Below are positions 24,101-37,300 of a stretch of 64,000 nt of DNA, piece by piece (position 1 is the first letter of the stretch; each line of letters begins with the position of its first letter). The notes under the pieces were generated by a model that ran no database searches, was not told the origin of the DNA, and worked only from the letters and a program-made list of their open reading frames with translations. Made by a program: the position numbers and the translations under genes. The DNA lies in the NCBI GenBank assembly GCA_012295275.1, contig CM022670.1, forward strand, positions 16,988,001 through 17,052,000, in the 5' to 3' direction. This stretch comes from Chrysomallon squamiferum (lineage: Eukaryota > Animalia > Mollusca).

Positions 24101-27074
24101 TTTCTTGTTTCTTATACATATAAATGATAATTACTCTCTATATATTTCATATTTTATCTTATAAAGAAAGACTTACACGTGACATTAAATTTGAAGTTAC
24201 TAATGATTGTCCCAGTGGTTTTGTACACCACTCACCTCTACCTGTCACAGTTCTAGAAAATATATCTATATTTTATATTTCCAAGCTAATATTTTATATT
24301 TCAGGAACGTCCATTATTGTCGAGTTGGAAATGAAGAAGGTAAATTGGTTATGCTGAGTAAAGAAAATAATATTGTTACATGCCAGATCATAACACAACC
24401 TTTTCAGAGGTTTTCTTCAGTTCAGATCAGTCGTGACACTCCTTGTCCAGCGATTAGAAAACCAAAAAAGAATTCTATTACTGCTACACTTAAGAAGTGT
24501 AGAGTATGTAGCAAGACTTGGACAGAATTAGGGAACCGACAGAGGTAAATTACCTTTCTATTTAATTTATTTATTTGGTGATTAATTCATATTTAAACAG
24601 ACTGATTAACCAGTATAAACTGTAACTTACATTAAAAAAAAAAAAAAAAATTTCTTATTTGCCACATATATAAATAAATGATAATTACATATCTTATTAT
24701 CTTATAAAGAAAGCATTACACCATTCACATCTATCTGTCATAGTTCTGGAAAGCATATTTATATTTTATATTTCCAAGCTAATTAGACAAATTTTGTATT
24801 TCAGGAAAGTCCATTACTGTCGAGTTGGAAATGAAAAAGGTAAATTGGTTACGTTGAGTAAAGAAAATAATGTTTCTATATCCCACATCATAACACAACC
24901 TTTTCAGAGATTTTCTTCAGTTCAAAGTGATGATGTGTCATTGCTTCGTCAGCTAATAATGCATGACAGACCAGAATTAATTCACAAAATTGCTGTCTAC
25001 CTACCAGGTATTTTTCAGAAAGAATTCAAATCTGCAGCTATTGTTGCTGCTAAATACTGGTCTGAGAAATCTCTCATTTCACTGGATAAGTGTCATAATT
25101 TTACACAAGAACAACTTGATATTCTCCTGCAGGTGGCCATTTTAAATGAGACATTTAGTGACAAAGATAAAACAAAACAAGCTAATACTGTGAAGCAGCT
25201 GATTGAAATGGGTGCATCACCAAACTATATACCAACAGATCTTAAAAAGTACAAAGATTTATCTTTTTCTGAAAAAGAAAAACATCTTTTGGTCCATTCA
25301 GCTTTAGAATTAGCTGTTTTGAAAGAAAATAAAAGTTTAGTTGATGTTCTGTTAAGCAATAAGGCCTCCACTTTAATATGTTTTGCACTGCACTTAGCTG
25401 TTTGGAAAGGAAATACAGAAATACTGAGTACTGTGATAAGTCACTGGAAATCACAGTCACTGGAAAGTACAGGTCCTGCTGATGAGCACACTTGTATGTG
25501 TGCTAAAGGAGTGTTTCAGGCTGCAGTCAACAGTCCACACAAAAGTGAAGAATTGTTTTCTGTCATCATAAGAATTTGTCCAAAACTGCTGCAGTCAAAG
25601 TCATTGTTGACACAGGAGATGGTCAGTGAAACCAGACAACTTCTAAATGCTGCAGACTCACCTGTTAACACATTTACCTTCAGACATGAATCAGTGCTTC
25701 CTCTAACACACTTTATACAGCATATTTCACAGTATGAAGAGAGTATGGAAGCTGTTGTCTGTCAACTTATTGAAACTGGGGTTCATCTAGCGGATACTCA
25801 GATTACCAAGCACACTTCTATACACTGTGTTTGTCAAGCTTTTATCAGTGCTGTACAAAACAAGCTGTGGAAAGTAGTAATCATGCTTCTTCGCCACGGA
25901 GGATCAGTGATTTGGAACTGTTTGCTTTCAGCAAATACACCTTGTCACAAACATGTCTATATTCAGTACCAGAAAGTGCCACTGCCAATTTTGTCAGCAT
26001 TCTGGCAATCATTCTTCCAATCTGCACCACTGGAAATACAAATATATTTCTTTCAAGAAGGGCATACGTTTTTGAAAACAGTTGACACTGGGACTTAGAG
26101 AAAATCATTATGGAAATCAGCACAACACATGAAAGAAAAACTACTGCATTAGATATTCTGCAACAAATAGCCTGGCATCATTTAACAAAGTCAGGTACAA
26201 AAATGCAACATTTAATGGCCTCTAAATTTCTTTATATTTTTCCCAGATTGTTTCCCAAATATATACTAATGATACACCAGTATTTGTGTACCTGGATCAT
26301 GACTCAAAACAGATCTGAAAGAGCCAAAATCTTTAAATCAAATTATAATTTAAGAGCAAGAAGAGCTTGTCAGATTCTTCAGAAAAGCACAAAGGAAGCT
26401 AGTTTGATAACAACTCTAAGCAAACTGACAACCACAGATTTAGAATACATTAAAAAAATGGAAATTTCCATTCTACAGTTTGCTTCTGCCATTGGAGACT
26501 ATGATTTGGCAGAATCATGTTTGTCTGCTGTTGATGCACTACCAGTAGACTGCAGAGGAAAAGATGATGTCACTCCACTCTCCATAGCTGCTGCAGCTGG
26601 GAACATCAAGATGGTTGATCTGTTTTTACAACATGGCCATACTCTAGAACAACAGACTTTAAATGCTGCATGTTGTGGAAAACAATTTTTAAGTAAGTAA
26701 TCAACTGTTAACATGTCAGTCTTTGAAATTAAATTGTCCATTCTCTGGGAACAAATACTTGCTTCCTTTATTTGTGAGTTCTACCAGAATGTGGAAACAA
26801 GTTGCTCCCAGCTGCAAGTTAGAAAGCCTGCCAGTTTGCTTAGGTTCTCTATCACATACACCAGAAACCTATTGTTTACAGTACATATAAATAAAAGATA
26901 ATTGTAGCCAATAATAATGCTTTCCAAATTTGGTAAATATAAATTTAAATATTACAGGTACAGAAGATTTTGTCTGACAAAGAGTATTACTGGCACATTT
27001 TATGAAAATGTTTTTTTTTTGAATCAAAAGTATTTCATTATTTTTATTAATTTGTTATTCCTAAACTTACCCAC

Positions 27075-27142
<68 letters not shown>

Positions 27143-27783
27143 TATTTTTTATTTTTTTGTCTGTTTATTTGCTTGCTTGCTTACTTGTTTATTATTTTGA
27201 TCTTCTATTTAAGTACACTGAAGAAATTTATGTTGCTTTAAAATTAGAAATCTAGTGTAAACACTATTTTTTCTTATCTAGAGATGCCATATATAAAAAG
27301 TGTTACTCCAACACAAGAGGAAAAAGGTAAAACTCACAATTCTGAAAAAGCTTGAATCAAGGTATTTGCAAATCAGGGTCCAGATTCAATCAAATGTTCC
27401 AAATTTAGCTGTTTACTATGGTTCATACTGAGTTAAGCTATGTGATTGTGAATTAATGTTCTCCTGATCGGCTCTGGACATATGAAGCTATTTAAAGGCT
27501 AGTAGCTATTAAAATGTTTAGCATACACTGGAATTAGAATGGTTTAGAAACCAGTCAGATTTGGTGAGTTTTTTTAATCTGGGCTCAGATCTAGCTAGAA
27601 ACACTGATATCTGTTTTAATGTCAACACATCAAGTTCTGCCTTTATCTAGTATACCATTCAAAAATTAATTTTTGCATTGGAAGAAAAAAAATTAACTTT
27701 GTCTTTTTCTTCCTATTTTAATAGTAAGTAAATAATTGTTATTGTTATTATTATTATCATTATTGTTATTGTTGTTCTTCTCA

Positions 27784-27815
<32 letters not shown>

Positions 27816-28324
27816 GTTATTTTCATTACTCTTACTGTTAATTATTAAAATTATTATTATTAAATTACAGAAATATTCATGAAATCATCTCAGATATTTC
27901 AGGATTAATACATAAGCTAAAACATTTTGATAATTATATTTATTAATTTATTTTGAAAATATATATATTTTTAAATTTAGCTCCAAAGTAAGTTTTTGGG
28001 CAGACCATAGAGACAATGGAACTGTATTTAAAATGGCAGTAACCAAAACACACTGGCAAATAGTGGAGTACTTATTGAAAAATGAACTATATCCAATACA
28101 CCTGAAGTCACATCCAAAGTAAGATTCTTCCAAATTTAATCTTTCATTTTGACTTTGCTAATCATTATAAACATCTGTTACAAAGATTATCCCAGACTGA
28201 GAAGGATAAATAAATACTATTATAACTGGATAGTGTATTAATAATTCAGATTATGTAAATTATTTTTAACCATAAATCTGGTTTAAGAAATGTAACTAGA
28301 ATAATCGCTCCATAATGACCTCTC

Positions 28325-28358
<34 letters not shown>

Positions 28359-31300
28359 TTTGTGTGTGTGTATGTGGGTATGGATGTGTCTCACATTATT
28401 GAAAATAAATAACACAGAACTAGAAGGTATATTTCTGAATTTAAATAAAATAATTGTGTTACAGAGAATTTTTGAAACTGATTACTGAAGCACCTAGTAC
28501 ACTGTGTACCCTTTTACTGAGTAATTACAAATCTGACTTTCTGGATGTCATGAAAAATGGAGATAGAGGAATGTTGACATCTGTGTGCAAAGTGAGAAAT
28601 GATGATATAGTGAATTCCTTCTTCAGTGTTCTCTTGGAAAACTCTGAGATGTGCACAAAGCTGGCAGATCAAATGTTGTATTCTGACAGACACAACATGA
28701 CAGCCATCCATTACCTGTGTCAAAAAGGAAAATCTCAAACAGTGATTCTCATTCTTTCAAAACTTGGTGAAAGTGGATACAAATCAGTAAAAACTATTCT
28801 CAATATGAAAGATAAATCTGGTGCCACACCTCTATGGTATGCAATGGCAAATCAACATTGGAATATTGCAGAAAATCTAATTCTTAGTGGTGGAGGGCTT
28901 CATAGGAGACCTGTACAAGATTGGAAACCTAAACGGAAGTTTATCTTTTGTAAGAAAGAAGGTGAAACCAGTAGACTTGTGAATGTGAGCTAAAACAATT
29001 GGAAAGGAAGTGATTCTCATCAAATTGCTTCTCTGATATCTCCAGACAGTAAAACATTTGATATTTACCTCCACCCACCAAAACAGGTAGAAAAACCATT
29101 GACTCCACAGATCACCATTACACAAATGAAATCACAAGAAGACACACAGACTGTAGCTTTGAGAAAAAAGGTTGAATATTTACTGAGCCTGTGGAAATTC
29201 AGTGAAAAAACATCATCTACTATGGTTCATGCTGCTGCAGCACATGGAAATGTAGAGCTAATGGAATATTTGTTGAAGATGTCTGCATATCAATCAGTTT
29301 CAGAACTGTGCCAATTTCATTCACCTCTGCTGTTTGCTGTAGCAAACAGTCAGTTCCAGGCAGTACAGCTCTGCATAAAAAAGAAGTTGTTTTTAAAAAA
29401 TGAACCACAGCTGTTCGATGCCTTTGCTGTCTGCATATGTGAATGCTATGGCATTTCAAACATCATCAGAGAAATACATAAACAAAACAAGAAATTCAGT
29501 GAAGAAATAAAAACTGAGTTGAAACACCTTTCAGATAAAATGTCAAAAGATTTTTTTCTTGCCAATAAAATTCGGTTCACTTCTAATATTAGTGTGATAG
29601 AAAAAACAGAAATAGAAACTTTGGCAAGATTCATCCCCAAAGAAAAAATTGGTCCAGTTACAGACATTTTCCTTGTCACTTGTGCACTTGTTGGTCAGAC
29701 TTGGACTGGACACTTCATTAATGATTTCTATGGATGTGCTGATTTGTACTCTAAAAAAATCACAAAACACTTCACTGTTATAGATCTCCTTTTTGTATTT
29801 GCAAAGTATAATCTAGGCGAAAACAAAGATAGTGATTTACTGGAAAGAGCTAAGATGCTAGAACTGGGTAGCAGCCATATAACAATGATATTAGAAGAAA
29901 GTGTTTTGAAGAGAGCCATTGAAAAGAACCTGTTTCCAATGCTTGACATAGTGATACAAAATAATACCAAAAAAGACATCAAAATTGGTAAAATTGAACC
30001 ATGGAGTCAGCACTTGATGAACATGGGAAAATTTGGTTTGGGTCAAAATGCAGAGATGCTTATTGAGTGGATGAGGAAAGGATTGTCTCAAATGGATGTC
30101 CCAGTAAAAGATCAGTTTCACACACTGCTGCAGACTTTCCTGTGTTTGTGCTGCTTACATGGAAATAAAGAACTTGCTCAGTATTTGGTAAATGAGGGTG
30201 TTTCATTACATGCAGTTGCGGACAACATTCCATCAAGACGAAATCCCAAATCTGCTATTGATTGTGCAGTTATCAGTGGAAATTTAAATATAATTGAGTT
30301 TTGTTTCCAAGATTTGAAAGACCAAAAAGAAACTCCAAGCACAAGTTGTCTTTACTCTGCAGCAACCATGTCCAACACTAAGATTCTAGAGACAGTTTTA
30401 AAGTCAAAACGTTATTCTCATTTTTCAACAAAGAGATTTTTTGAGGATCTTCTTCTAGTGGCTGCAAAACATGGAAATGAATCAATCTGTATGTACTTGA
30501 TGTCAAACATAAGTTTTGATGTCTTAAAGACAGACTCATTTCATATGAGTACACTGCATTATGCCTGCCTATTTAACATGAAACAGGTAGCTGAAGCAGT
30601 CCTAAGACTTACAAAAGAAGCTGTGAAAAGTACTGACAGTACAGGTTTGACACCATTTGATATTGCTCGATCTATGGGAAACATTGAACTAGTACATTTG
30701 TTAGAAGAAATGGGTGAAATGGATTTGAAGCAAAAGAAAAGTAGAGATCTGAATCAGACAGGGTGGTTTAAACTGGCCCTCAACAACAATTCAAAACTAC
30801 CAAGGCATGAACAAGTCTTTATGCCAAAAGACATTACAGTGCTGGATGATTTCAGGAAAATGAGGAAAAAACGTGAAAATAAATATTTCTTTAGGAGATT
30901 TTGGAGAGACATAGATCTCCCACATCTTCTGGCAATGAAGGATGACAGTGGTGCTTGTGCAATGCTTGAAGTAGGTGGAGAAACCGTTGTTAACACCATG
31001 AAAATGTCTTATTCATTTTATCCACTTCTTCATCTTTGTGCAATAACTGGATGTGAGAAATCTCTCCTACATTTACTGAAGCTAATACAGAAATATTCTA
31101 CTGACAATATGACAGCATGGACTCGCAGATCCTCCCAGAAGGATAAAATACCAATTGTGTGTGCCATTGAAAACCACCAAGTGGAATGTGTGAAGATTCT
31201 TTTTGATGAGGACCAGTGCTTAGACTGGGTTTCAATCACTGGTGAGACAATACTGCATCATGTTGCATTGGCAGGCAATAAGAAAATCTGTAGACTCATT

Positions 31301-34300
31301 ACAGAAAAAGCTGAAGATCAACATTTCTTGAAATGTGACAAGAATAACTACATTCCAGCAGCTTTGTGTGTTGCATTTGGTCATCATTCTATCCTTCCAG
31401 ACTTGTTGAAAGGTGTTGAGGTGGACACTGCAGAACATGCATCACACACTGAGACTGATCTTTCCTGCATTGACTGTTTACTTGACAGATGCATTGGTTG
31501 GTCAAAAATGCTTTCATCAAGCTGTGACACATGTAATAATATATCTGTCCGTGATTTCAAGAAAAGAGAAAACTTTATGCTTACATATGTTCCTGATGGC
31601 ACAGGAACTTTTACTCATCCATTAATAAATCACCTTGCTTGGTCTGAGATGTGTCATACATCAGATGTCTTAGATATTGGATTAACAGCAATGGGATATC
31701 AATCATCAGTTGCTGTTGCCCAGATATTTATCATACACAATGAATCAAAGCCAAACGATATCACAGAGCTGATATATGAAACTTTACAGTGTGGTTTTGA
31801 TTCAGCAACATCTTACTTGTTTAGAAACAACAAAGAAATACTAACATCTGTAACTGTTGAATTATGTCTACAAGCAATTGCTGGTCAGAACAGAACCTTG
31901 TTTTCTACTATTATCACTGAAACTGATGTACTTAGTAAACCATTATCACCTTCTGCTTTGGACATAGCATTCGGTTTTGGATATCTTCATGCAGTGAAGC
32001 TAATTGAAGAATCAAATATTTACAAGGATTCACAACAAGTTCAAACTCTGACAGAACTAGGAAATACTTTACCATTGTCCATAAGAATGGCGCATTGGTC
32101 TTTCACATCCTGGAGATGAGGAGTGGATTAGTTCCATAATAAACCAGACTGAGAGAGTGTCACAGCCAGAAGCATTGCTCTGAATGAAGCCAGATGATCA
32201 CTTCAGACAAGTTCTGGAAGATGTAGAAGTGACAGAGAAATCATTTTTACCAAGTCATTTCATGGAAAAGAAGTTAAGAATTGACATAAAAAGCTTTGAA
32301 GCTGCAGGTAACAAGTATGGCATAAAAGGGATTTGGCTTTATTCAGTAATACTCTCCAAACTGGTAACAGGCAGGTATCTGCAAGAAATAAACTTAGAGT
32401 CATCTCAGTGGAAATCTATCACAACACTGATTGTATCTTGTGTAGAAGACGAATCTTCTCAAGAGCCACAGATGAAAGTGCTGGGTAATGAATTACATGA
32501 TAAAGTGTGTCTGAGGCTGAGTGATGGCAACAGAGGAAACCTGGTTGTGGACACATCTGAGATTCCTGTTGAACTTTCACAAGAAGAATCTCTGAAAACA
32601 GAAATAGAGGAATACATTCCTAAACTTGAAAAACGAGTAAGTACAATTTACATCATTACAGTTATTTCCACAACTAATTAATAAATGATTTATTGAATAA
32701 ATTTTAGCACTTTGAAAAGTTGATGTAGATAGATTAAATATTGATTGTTATTGTGGTCTTTATTTTAATATATTTCTCTTTTTAACAGATAATGGATATT
32801 TTGAAGGGACAAAAGATCAAAATGGAAATTGATTGGGATCACTTGATTCTGCAAAAGACAGACAACACAGAGAAAACATCTTTCTTGCTCTAACAGGAAA
32901 ACATGATGGATACATACTTGGAGGACTTGAATCAACAATTCTCCAGTCAGGTTTTCTTCTTGAGAATATTGAAACTGTTGGTGGTGAAGCTGCAGTGAAG
33001 AAAGCTATTGGTTTAGTATCTGCCATTAAAAATATAGTTGTCAAATATGTTGACATGTTACCTACAGATAAAAAGATCATCCTGTCATCAAATGATAGCA
33101 GAATTTTCTGGTACTTCACATTGAAAGATTTTTATCCACATTACAAAAAATCTCTTTTCCCAGTATATGAGTCATTTAGAATATTTGCTGCTGTTTTCTA
33201 CATGACTGATGATTGTTTTCTGGATGTCTCAGATAAACATCCTGACAATCAGTTAGAACTAGATATTGATCTGAAATCATTTGAAAAAACTGGTGTTTTA
33301 AAATCCATAGATTCCTTTTTTAGACAGAAAGTTAGACCTGTCATTAAACTGATTGCTATGGCATATAAATATTTGCTATGGTTTGAAATGGATGTAGTTC
33401 AGATTAAGATCCTAGCTGTTTCAAAGGATAAGTCAAATATTTTCTACAAGAATAGGATTTTAACAATTTGCCTTCAAGTAATAAAATCAATAAATGGAGA
33501 ATGGCAGATTGATGGACTGGATTTTGATAAAATATTTACAGACATGGAGATCAAGGATATAAGAGAGAACTGTACATGTGATGAATTAGTAGAGAGAGTG
33601 AAAAAGGCTGGAGAAACATTTGAGAAATCATGTGGACTGAGACTAGACATTAGGTTTAATTCCAACAACTGGGTGGAAGAGGTGGCTCGTTTTGACAGCC
33701 GTTCCATGACTCACCCATTTGACTTGCTTAAAATGTATGTGCAAACATTTTCTCAACAAATTCTGAATTGTTATGAAGAAACTTTGATTCGAGGACTGAC
33801 GACAGCTGACTGCTGGCTTCTGGGGGAAGCCACATTACCAAATGGATTCTGGTGTGCTTTTAATTACACCGAACTGAAAAACATGTCCAAAATGACAATA
33901 TACTTAATTAAACAGAAAAGTGAATGTTATAAAAAAAAAAAAATGAAAATATTTTGAATATACATTTTATAGAGAAATAATAAGAGAATACGATTATGAG
34001 GAATTCAAAATGAATTTTAAGATTTTACAGTATGAAGAAGTAGAGAAATGTGGCACACATTCTCTAACAGGCATGTGGTATTTCATTCCATTTAAACAAG
34101 TGACACAGTAATGAAAAACAGGCTGTACTACATTCCAGACAGCTCATTTGCAAGTCAGTTTGCATCATGCCTAAATACTGAAATTGAGGTGTTTTCAAGA
34201 CATTTAGAATCAAAAGAAAATAAATCAGAAAATGTCCTCTTTCTGTCATTTGATGATATTTGTACCGGAGGTTACAAAAGTTCATTAGTTAGCATCCCAG

Positions 34301-37300
34301 CAATTGAAAAGGCAACAAGGATGACAGGTGATATGAAAAAGTTGTTAGATGTTGGTTACATGCTCTATGATAGCTGGAGGATTGCTACAAATCTGGGTGT
34401 GAATCTGATGTTTGATTCTTCTGTATTCATACAAAAATCTGCCCTTCAAGTTGTAGCATATATTGTTTTGGTGACACTTCAGGATATATCAACTATTTTC
34501 ACTGGTGATAATGAATCTGTTTATAAATCATTTTTGAAAGCTTTCAGCAGTTTGGGAACTCTTTCAGTAGGTTTTTGTCCAGAATTTGAAATAGAAATTA
34601 CTGAAAAGGATGAAATGGCTGATGTAACTTCTGTAACAGAAAGTGATCTACATATAAACTTTAAATCATCACTGCTGGTTTGTGAGAAGCCATATCAACC
34701 AATAGCAGATACACTTAGACGTGCTTTATGCAAATCATTTGAAAGTCAAGCTCCTCAAGAGGTGACTCAGTGTCTGTCTCAAGTGTTGAAGATAAACCTG
34801 TCAAAAAATTCAGTAAAAGTTCCAGTGTTTCACAGCCTAAGAAATAACACTGAAACCCTGCATGCTGTTTCAACATCCATCAGAAACTTTGAACAGGCTG
34901 TGCAGTACATTTCAAACAACAAAGACAATGCCAGAAAACGTCTTCAGTCAGAATTGCAAAATGTTGAGTTTAAAGAAGTTGGTTCACCTACCACAACTGC
35001 TACATTTAAAGAAGGTGTTTTAGAATGTGCAGTTTTGAATGACACTACTGCTGAGCAATTGCAGAAAGACATTGTTGCTGCCCTTGAAAACACAGATATG
35101 TCTTCAGAGGTACCAAGATCTTTTTCTAAAGGATCAAATTTAAGACTGGTACGACACAAGGAAGCCATCAGGTTTGTTGTGTACATTTATTATGAAATTA
35201 TATATATTTATTGTCAGTATACATTTATTATGAAATTTATTTATTTATTTATTTTTATTTTATTTATTTATTAGATGTTTTTTTTTTTGTTATTTTGTTT
35301 TTCTTTGTGTTTTTTGTTTTTTGTTTTTTTGTTATCAGAACAGTAAGATGTAGAAAACTGACAAAATACATTTGGGATTCTAGAAAGCAGACAATAATAA
35401 CACATCTATGCATTTGCTAATCTCAGGCCTTGTTTAAATCTAAATCCTAGTTATATTTTTCTGAAAAATAAAATGGAAACTGTAATTATTTTCAAGTATA
35501 AAAATAAAAAGTATAATGCAATAATTAAATTTCAAAGTGGCAATACCTGAATGGAATAAACAATTTCTGTCACACATAATAAAAATCTGTGGTTCTGTAC
35601 TTTGTTTATAATTATTTCTTCTTTCAGTTATGTTTTTGAAAATGCCACAGACTTGTTATTTGATTATGTGGAACTTGGACAGACAGACAATACTGAAATT
35701 GAACTGGATAATGGAGCTGATATTAACAAGAGAGGAAAGGTGTGTTTCTGCTCTATCCTGATTAACTAGAATTTTAACACTAAAATCATGTCTTTAATAA
35801 ACATAAACTTTTATTCTACTGGCTATTTTTTACTCTCAAATGAGTGTTTTGCCAAATAGTTGATCAGAAACACAGTTGTATGAAAAAGGATGAGAAGTTG
35901 CTTTTAATTAACTAAACACTCATCAGAAACACATTAACATAATTTGTGTGACTAGCATCCAGCTCCACCATGTTCTCAGACAGTGATATGATTCTTTTTT
36001 TAGAACTCTGATTAACTTTTTACACAGACTCTCAGTTTGAAAAAGTAAAAATAGACACATACACAGATAGATACATAGATCACAAACTTTTTATACAGAC
36101 TGGCAGTTTAAACAAATAAAATCAGTGATGTGTCATACACACAATACACATATATACACAAACTTGCACACATATACATAGTAGACATAAACAAACACAA
36201 AACATACATACCAACACAAACACAGTCACACACAAACATACAGCTATTTTGTTTTCTTATTACATACATGTTTTTATCATTTCAGAATGGTACAACCCCA
36301 TTCATGCGATCATGTCAGCTGAGAAATTTTGTCATACAGAAACTATTACTGAGTCATGGTGCCAGTGTAAATATAGAGGATGATGTAAGAATAATCATGA
36401 TTTACTAGTGATGACATCGAATCACACTGTGTACACTTCTCCAGAGTCGAGATGTGTTGTAAAGGCTGATTGATAAACTTTTTTTAAAGTTCAGAAAGAC
36501 TATTTTTTATTACATATATAGTTTTTGTTTTGTTTTTTTAAGGAATGTAGTAGTCTTTTTAGTAATTACCTAATCTTGATTTTGGCTTTATTTTCCCTTC
36601 ACAGACAGATAACATAAAATATTAAAAATGTAAAAAAAATATCAGATAACAGATAGATGGATAGATGAGAGTTGTTGAAGACAAAATAATATATCAAACA
36701 ATAAAAAATTAAGAGAATGAAAAATGAAAAAAAAAATTGTTATTTATATATAACAGCTTCATCGGACTCCACTGCATTATATAGCTGCCTATGGTGACAT
36801 GGAAAGTCTGAGACTACTTCTAACAAACAAAGCCAAACTGAATGCCAGAGACTGTGTAAGTCTGATATTCTTATCTGTATCATAACACACACACATGTAC
36901 ACACACACAAAGACATATACAAATAAATACAAAAACAAAAACACAGCTTGTACCTAAATACATAAACACACATGCACACACAGATGATGTATATATATAT
37001 AATATAATAGCAAAATAAAATAGAAATTTAAGCTGGCTGATTTATTGTTATGTCTTGCTTGGTTTTAAATAACTATTGAAAATTACAAAGAATCTATATG
37101 TTGTCTTGACTTTCAGTATGGACGAACACCACTTCACTATGCAGTTAATAAATTCAAATGGGAAGCAGCTGATCTTCTTACCTTCTGTGGAGCTGACGGA
37201 ACAATTCTAGACAATGTAATTGTCTTCTTTGTTTCATTTCTTATGTATTTGTAACACCCACATTATTTATTTTTACTACTTGTTTTTATCTCACTATTCT

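Noticed and set aside
23780-34111. Systematic Euplotes-type stop-codon frameshifting as the default explanation
   Set aside because: The sites share no motif, +1 and -1 breaks are mixed, and at 32085-32117 and 32833 the protein reads better if the shift is well upstream of the stop. Similar indels break two neighbouring genes. Kept only as a low-probability alternative.
34106-34113. TAATG stop-start overlap as termination-reinitiation
   Set aside because: Adding one A to the adjacent run restores a continuous frame, and such overlaps are common by chance in AT-rich DNA.
28514-35186. Numerous 60-100-aa antisense ORFs over the large exons
   Set aside because: Shadow ORFs of the plus-strand coding sequence with no recognisable motifs.
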